A stretch of DNA of 55,005 nt, counting the filler, from an uncultured virus (IMG/VR IMGVR_UViG_2061766007_002010) (taxonomy: Duplodnaviria > Heunggongvirae > Uroviricota > Caudoviricetes). It is 9 parts of one record of this genome, joined end to end, with 100 filler letters (N's around TTAATTAATTAA, not from the genome) between each part and the next. Parts side by side here need not be neighbours in the genome. Positions count along the whole stretch, not along the records: positions 49,030 to 50,443 come from IMGVR_UViG_2061766007_002010; positions 50,544 to 51,934 come from IMGVR_UViG_2061766007_002010; positions 52,035 to 55,005 come from IMGVR_UViG_2061766007_002010; 6 more parts are not named here. One strand, given 5' to 3'. The notes beneath the pieces are model-generated. The model worked only from the letters and a program-made list of their open reading frames with translations, made no database searches and had not been told where the DNA came from. Below, in pieces: positions 49,174-55,005 of the stretch. The first letter of the stretch is position 1, and each line of letters begins with the position of its first letter. A program made the translations under genes and the position numbers.

Positions 49174-50107
49174 ATGAAGGAGNNNNNNNNNNNNNNNNNN
49201 NNNNNNNNNNNNNNNNNNNNNNNNNNNNNNNNNNNNNNNNNNNNNNNNNNNNNNNNNATTTTCCATTTTGCTAATTACTTTTATATTTTGACAGAAGACG
49301 GTGAATTGCCGATTAAGTTGAGAGAATATCAGGAACGTCTCATCAAGGTAATTTGCGGAACTTATTTCATGCGTAACGATGACGGAACCATAATGACGGA
49401 TTCCAAGGGTGAAAAAGTTTTAAGAAATAACAGAATTATTACCGTGGGNNNNNNNNNNNNNNNNNNNNNNNNNNNNGTATGCGCTTTTCCATAAGGACAA
49501 GACTATTGCAGTTCTGGCTAACAAGGAATCACAGGCTATTGAAATTATGCTTCGTATTCGTGCAGCTGTTCTGAGACTTCCTATGTGGTTACAACAGGGT
49601 ATCAATCCGGACCGTGGTGGCTGGTCTCAGAAATCAATAGGATTTGATAACGGTTGCAAAATTTTCTGTGCTGCAAGTTCGTCTTCTGCTATTCGTGGTA
49701 AATCCGTTGACTTGATGCTCGTGGACGAATTTGCTCACTTACCGGAACAGGATGCTGACGATTTTATGATGTCGGTTATTCCGACACAGGCTTCTCGTAA
49801 GACAAGTATGTTGATTCTTATTTCAACGCCTAAGGGTATGAACCAGTTCTATAAGATTTGGCAGAGTGCTCTTGCTGGTATCAATACCTTTGTTCCTGCA
49901 AAGATCGCATGGAATGAAATTGATGGTCGTGATGAAACATTCAGAAAGAAAGTTATTCGTGACCATGGTATTAAGTTCTTCAACCAGGAATATGCTTGTT
50001 TGGATCCGAACGAAGAAATTACTGTTCAGGACGAGGCCACAGGTATTGTTTTAACTGACAAAATTGGCAAAATTTTCGAATTATGGCAAGACGGTTTCCT
50101 TAAATAA
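49174..50107 (+). CDS. terL: Terminase large subunit gp17, N-terminal ATPase half only, ending in an intein N-fragment
   Basis: FANYFYI, LREYQ, TIAVLANK, LPMWLQQG, FDNG, SSSAIRGKS, LVDEFAH (Walker B), LISTPKGMNQFY, FNQEY; Walker A is masked. Confidence 0.95.
49997..50104 (+). mobile_element. Putative atypically split intein N-fragment (36 aa)
   Basis: After QEYA the protein reads CLDPNEEITVQDEATGIVLTDKIGKIFELWQDGFLK*, an intein N1-block-like sequence instead of the TerL nuclease domain. Confidence 0.8.
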
Positions 50108-50137
50108 TGTTATAAATATATTAAGGAAAATTGCTAG

Positions 50138-50443
50138 ATGGTTTTTGGAGATTACTGTAATAAGATTAAGAATATTTTAGCTAGAACTCATCGCGATGTG
50201 AGTATTGTTGACTATAACATGGAACAGATTTTCGAAGCATATATTAACGNNNNNNNNNNNNNNNNNNNNNNNNNNNNNNNNNNNNNNNNNNNNNNNNNNA
50301 CAGCTGATACAGACTTTTTAAAATATAAGAATCGAGTACATACGATTCTTGAAAAACTGGGATATGATAAATCCGAACTTGATAACAAGAAGGTAACTGA
50401 TACTATTTCTGATTTGTACGATACAAATGAAGATGAATACGCA
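50138..50443 (+). CDS. Hypothetical late protein (3' truncated)
   Basis: Late promoter 50111-50118; AAGGA SD. Confidence 0.65.
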
Positions 50444-50544
50444 NNNNNNNNNNNNNNNNNNNNNNNNNNNNNNNNNNNNNNNNNNNNTTAATTAATTAAN
50501 NNNNNNNNNNNNNNNNNNNNNNNNNNNNNNNNNNNNNNNNNNNA

Positions 50545-51478
50545 ATTGTTGGACATACATTGAAGCTTTCTAAGCTTATTGAAAATTCTACGGTTTCTAC
50601 AATGGGTTGTAGAACAAGAGTTCTTGGTAATATCAACGGTGTCGAACAGACAACAGGTCGTGGAAACTTTGCTTTCCATACGATTAACTTGCCTCGCCTT
50701 GCTATCGAAGCTCATATTGAAGCTAAGGATCCTGAAGCACGTAAGCAGGTTTTCTTCAAGAAGCTCGCCGATATGCTCGAAGATGCAAAGAACAGTTTGC
50801 TTGACCGTTTTGCATTGATTTCTAACAAGACCTATGAAAACTTCCCGTTCACAATGCAGCAGGGTCTTTATTTGACTTCTGATGATGAACCGCATGCCGT
50901 TACTGATAAGATTGCTAATGTTCTTAAGCAGGCTTCGCTTTCTATCGGTTATGTCGGTCTCGCAGAAACAATGTTGCTCTTGACCGGTAAGACATACGGT
51001 ATCGACCACGAAATCGATAGCTATGCTTATTCTATCGTAAAGACAATGCGTGAATTCGTCGATAAGACTCAGAAGGAAACACACCTTAACTGGANNNNNN
51101 NNNNACCGATATGCTCGAAGATGCAAAGAATAGTTTGCTTGACCGTTTTGCATTGATTTCTAACAAGACCTATGAAAACTTNNNNNNNNNNCTGGACGTT
51201 TCGCGAATATTGACAAGAATCTTTACCAGAATAATAAGAAACTCGCAGATGTTGATTTGCAGCGTGTATTCGGAAAGGGTTACTACACCAATAGCCACAT
51301 GCTTGACTATTCTTTGGAAACCTCTCTTGAAAATAAGATTAAGATGGAAGCTCCGTATCACAAGATTACGAACGCCGGCCATATTTTCTATTACAAGTTG
51401 AACGGTGACTTGTCCAAGAATCTTGAAGCTGTCAAGGCTACAATCGATGCCATGTACGATGGCGACTTGGGATATTTC
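50545..51478 (+). CDS. nrdD: Anaerobic ribonucleoside-triphosphate reductase (internal fragment)
   Basis: MGCRTRV, GRGNFAFHTINLPRLA, SIGYVGLAE, YYTNSH, KIKMEAPYHKITNAGHI, GYF. Confidence 0.95.
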
Positions 51479-51489
51479 ANNNNNNNNNN

Positions 51490-51934
51490 CATATACTTAT
51501 GGTAACCAGAATGGTGCTTGTATCAATGGTTATGTTTGTTTGAATGATTTATCTAATTCTAAGGTAAATCATTGTTCATCAGATAGTGTTTTCTCATCTA
51601 CTGAACAAGTTTGTGTTGATAATGTTCCACCTGCACCAACAGGTCTTTCTATACCTACAATTACTTGGCCTGATACTATTTCACAAAGTATTATTTTCAC
51701 CCCGGAAAATGGTGAAGATCCAAACAAAATTACTAAAACGATTGTAGTTCCAGATGGTAAGGACCAGTATGACATTTATCTTGATACTATCAAATATACT
51801 GCAGATGGTCAAAAATTGCAAATTGAAATGCAGGATGGTGGCCGATTGACTCGTATTTTCGTAAAGCATTTCCTTTATCATACTCACGGTCAAATCCAAG
51901 TAGTTTACAGAACTGACTCAACAAATTATGAACT
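51490..51934 (+). CDS. Fragment of a beta-solenoid surface-type protein, unrelated to NrdD
   Basis: Open frame ...PTITWP...YDIYLDTI...MQDGGRLTRIFV...; joined to nrdD only by a 10-N gap. Confidence 0.55.
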
Positions 51935-52034
51935 NNNNNNNNNNNNNNNNNNNNNNNNNNNNNNNNNNNNNNNNNNNNTTAATTAATTAANNNNNNNNNN
52001 NNNNNNNNNNNNNNNNNNNNNNNNNNNNNNNNNN

Positions 52035-52549
52035 TTTTCGAGAATTTCATCGAGGAATGCGTCCTTATAGACATCATAACAGATAACTCCAACCAGCACA
52101 CCAAACTTCCTACGACTTCCGACCTTAATCTTCCGATAATTATGACCGATATAACAAAAACCATCACATTCGTCTATGAGAACGTTTCCTTCATCTTCAC
52201 GAGGATAATCCTTTCGGATATCCCAACTGAACAGTGGACGAACCGCTTGATCCAGCTTACGGAGAGCTTCGACGAACTTACGCATATCGTCATCTAATGG
52301 CATAGGCATGAAACAATATTTACTACTATGGAAATTTCCAGCGTTATCATAATAAGAACTAGTTTCCTTTTCTACATAGTAAGAACCCTGTGTAAAGAAC
52401 GGGAAACAATACTTTCCACGATAATGATTTTCAGTTGCACTGACCCTATGGTAATCCTTTAAGACAACCTTAGCGGTCTGACGGAGTTCTTCATAAGCTT
52501 CTTCAACTTTAGTGACAACTTCATTCATATTTAATGTTGTTTTTGACAT
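52035..52549 (-). CDS. Hypothetical protein, probably not late-class
   Basis: MSKTT start with AGGA SD; no TATAAATA upstream; separated from upstream genes by a hairpin at ~52580-52606. Confidence 0.7.
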
Positions 52550-52631
52550 GTATTGTTCCTTTTTATACAAATATAATAAAAATAAGGGTTTTCTTAAACC
52601 CTTATCTTAATATTAAATACTTTCAGTTAAC

Positions 52632-53306
52632 CTATTTAACACCGAAAACCTGGTCCAAATCTGCTTTAAAGTCTTCTATGTTGTCACCGTTATAACTTGT
52701 ATCGTTTGCGACAATCGTATAGACTGAACCGTCTGTACTGATACCTGAGAAAAGAATGTTGACTATAATTTCATCATCATATTCTCCCTTTTCGGAAATT
52801 TCAAATCTTGTAACGTTCATATCATATGTGTATAGATATGTCATGGGTTTCGGGTCAGTATTCTTTTCCCTTTCTTGAAAACCATAATTATCAAGTAACT
52901 TTTTAAGATATTTATCAAAATGTTCAGATTTTAATGGATGTCTATTAACTTGCTCTTCAAGATAATAACCCGCATTCTTTAGAATTTCTTTTGCTTCGTC
53001 CAGTTCCCTCTTATATAACCAATTATCTTTAGGATCTATCGGTTCTTTTTTAAGCCATTCTTTATTTCGCATAATAATATCCGCGATTAACCAATTGGTT
53101 TTATACAAATACTTTTTCCAAAATTCCTCTGGAATTTTATCCCATTTAATATCTTCCAACTTTAAACCGCGTTTGGCAAAAGGTCTAATCAATTCTGTCT
53201 TGACCGACTCTATTTTATCAAGGAATCCTTGTTTAATCGCTTCATCCCATCCTTCTACGATAAAACCATTTTTTTGAAGTAATTCTTTTGCTTCGTTTAA
53301 ATGCAT
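52632..53306 (-). CDS. Leader-motif protein with two leader copies
   Basis: MHLNEAKELLQKNGFIVE and internal LDEAKEILKNAGYYLEE; AGGAG SD. Confidence 0.8.
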   Translation of the reverse strand: MHLNEAKELLQKNGFIVEGWDEAIKQGFLDKIESVKTELIRPFAKRGLKLEDIKWDKIPEEFWKKYLYKTNWLIADIIMRNKEWLKKEPIDPKDNWLYKRELDEAKEILKNAGYYLEEQVNRHPLKSEHFDKYLKKLLDNYGFQEREKNTDPKPMTYLYTYDMNVTRFEISEKGEYDDEIIVNILFSGISTDGSVYTIVANDTSYNGDNIEDFKADLDQVFGVK

Positions 53307-53321
53307 ATTCTTCTCCTATAA

Positions 53322-53588
53322 CTAGTTGACTGATAGAATTTCTACTTCTGGACTACCTTCTTTAAGAATATCACTTAAAGCTGCGATAATTTCATCATCA
53401 TCGTCTGGATTCTCTAGCCAGACCTTATCTTGTCTAGGAACACAATATGCAGATTTGTCTGATGGCCACCAGTTATAGTCTACCGTATATTCAGATTTCC
53501 CGAAAGTGGACGGTTCTGAAACATGATCGATATATTCAACTATATAACCACCATTCTTCAAAATTTCTTTTGCTTCGTCTAATTTCAT
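53322..53588 (-). CDS. Leader-motif small protein
   Basis: MKLDEAKEILKNGGYIVE; AAGGAG SD. Confidence 0.8.
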   Translation of the reverse strand: MKLDEAKEILKNGGYIVEYIDHVSEPSTFGKSEYTVDYNWWPSDKSAYCVPRQDKVWLENPDDDDEIIAALSDILKEGSPEVEILSVN

Positions 53589-53618
53589 TTTGTAACTGTC
53601 TCCTTTGTTAAGTCAATA

Positions 53619-53957
53619 TTAAGTAGGCATTGCTGGGTTCAATTTCATCACAAAGTCAGAATTCATGTTTCGCAAAATAAAATCTGCGGAACCCTGGTAA
53701 TCGGTGAAACCGATGTAATCAATTTCTTCACCATACCCATTAGAAAGATAATAAAGATAATCACCGTAATCTTCATTGCAAACTTCAAGATAGAATTTCT
53801 GTGAATCCTCATCAAAATACAGATTACGATTATATTCAGAACGAGAATTGTCAAGCGACCATCGAGAAATGTTTAACTCAACTTTACTCGCAGTTTCAGC
53901 GTTCTCAACAATATATCCATTATTTTCTAAGATTTGTTTTGCCTCAACTAAATTCAT
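53619..53957 (-). CDS. Leader-motif small protein
   Basis: MNLVEAKQILENNGYIVE; GGAG SD; late promoter 53976-53983. Confidence 0.8.
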   Translation of the reverse strand: MNLVEAKQILENNGYIVENAETASKVELNISRWSLDNSRSEYNRNLYFDEDSQKFYLEVCNEDYGDYLYYLSNGYGEEIDYIGFTDYQGSADFILRNMNSDFVMKLNPAMPT

Positions 53958-53975
53958 TTAAAACTCCATTTTTAT

Positions 53976-54003
53976 TATTTATAAGTAAATTGCATTATAA
54001 ATA
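53976..54003. promoter_or_regulatory. Divergent late promoters (53976-53983 minus, 53996-54003 plus)
   Basis: Exact TATAAATA on each strand, upstream of the leader-gene cluster and of glf. Confidence 0.8.
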
Positions 54004-54029
54004 AAAAGGTTTAAGAAAAGGTGAAAAAT

Positions 54030-55005
54030 ATGAAAGAATATNNNNNNNNNNNNNNNNNNNNNNNNNNNNNNNNNNNNNNNNNNNNNTGTCCTTGTAATTG
54101 AAAAAAGAAATCATATAGCTGGTAACTGCTATACTTATGAAAAAGACAATATTGATGTTCATCAATATGGGGCACACATTTTCCATACTTCTAATGAAAA
54201 AGTTTGGAGTTTTGTAAATCAGTTTGGTGAATTCAATAACTTCGTCAATAGCCCGATTGCTAACTATAAAGATGAGATATATAACCTTCCATTTAATATG
54301 AATACATTTAATAGGTTGTATGGTGTTATCTCTCCAGAGCAAGCAAAGAATGCGATTATGAAGGAAACAAGGGACTGCTTCACTGACAANNNNNNNNNNT
54401 TTGTAAATCAGTTTGGTGAATTTAATAACTTCATCAATAGTCCAATTGCTAACTATAAGGATGAGATATACAACCTTCCATTTAATATGAATACATTTAA
54501 TAGGTTGTATGGTGTTATCACTCCAGAACAAGCAAAGAATGCGATTATGAAGGAAACAAGGGACTGCTTCACTGACAATCCCAAGAATCTTGAAGAACAG
54601 GCTATTAACCTAGTCGGAAAGAAGATGTATGAAAAGCTCATTAAAGGCTATACCCAAAAACAGTGGGGAAGAAAATGCACAGAACTTCCGCCTGAAATTA
54701 TCAAGCGTCTTCCTTTAAGATTTACATACGACAATAATTATTTTAATGATAAGTATCAGGGAATTCCTGTAAATGGTTATACAAAGCTTATCGAAAACAT
54801 GTTTGACGGTTGTGACATNNNNNNNNNNGTTGTGACATTCTTTTGGAAACTGATTTTCTTAAAGATAAGGAAAAATGGGAATCCATGGCTGATAAGATTT
54901 ATTATTCTGGTTGTATTGACGAATATTATGACTATTGTTATGGACCGCTTGAATATCGTTCTGTTAGATTCGAAACTGTTGAATATGACAAGGAAAATTA
55001 CCAGG
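54030..55005 (+). CDS. glf: UDP-galactopyranose mutase (runs off the window; missing from the ORF track)
   Basis: Hand translation: LVIEKRNHIAGNCY, VHQYGAHIFHTSN, YNLPFNMNTF, LIKGYTQKQWG, IIKRLPLRFTYDNNYFNDKYQGIP, LEYRS. Confidence 0.96.

Noticed and set aside
51405..51986. NrdD fused to a surface-protein domain
   Set aside because: The junction is a 10-N scaffold gap and the codon style changes; most likely a mis-join.
999..51990. Recurring TTAATTAATTAA as a biological repeat
   Set aside because: Always centred in N runs of similar length; it is a contig-joining linker.
1..55005. Stop-codon recoding (TAG or TGA read-through) as in some gut jumbo phages
   Set aside because: Core genes are long and open under the standard code, and TAG (14730, 52632, 53322) and TGA (13900, 42902) end genes at sensible places.
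1..55005. tRNA, rRNA, self-splicing introns, DGR or reverse transcriptase
   Set aside because: None recognisable in the unmasked sequence; intergenic spaces are short and explained by promoters and terminators. Masked stretches cannot be assessed.

Overview
The window is a gappy, concatenated assembly of 9 pieces joined by artificial N-TTAATTAATTAA-N linkers, with many internal N masks. It comes from a large T4-like myophage (Tevenvirinae-like gene set, probably a jumbo phage) using the standard genetic code. Recognisable genes: neck proteins (gp13, two gp14-like copies), head-completion nuclease gp4, terminase small subunit gp16, the N-terminal half of terminase large subunit gp17, tail sheath gp18, tail tube gp19, portal gp20, scaffold gp22, major capsid gp23, two tandem gp6-like baseplate genes, several ~1000-1600 aa putative fibre/adhesin proteins, an NlpC/P60 hydrolase domain, a HAD deoxyribonucleotidase, a SprT-like protease, anaerobic RNR (nrdD) and UDP-galactopyranose mutase (glf). 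T4-type late promoters (TATAAATA) precede most genes. Most notable observations: (1) TerL stops 36 aa after the QEYA|C site in what looks like the short N-fragment of an atypically split intein; (2) a shared ~18-aa leader (MxLxEAKxILxxxGYxVE) on unrelated proteins, suggesting a capsid-targeting tag plus cargo system; (3) a tandem 16-aa peptide repeat with an LxE site in every unit; (4) eight genes with ATG exactly 4 nt after the late promoter (probable leaderless mRNAs); (5) duplicated gp6 and gp14; (6) glf behind a late promoter, hinting at virion glycosylation. All family assignments come from motif recognition by eye, with no database search. Gene ends inside N gaps and adjacency across gaps are uncertain.
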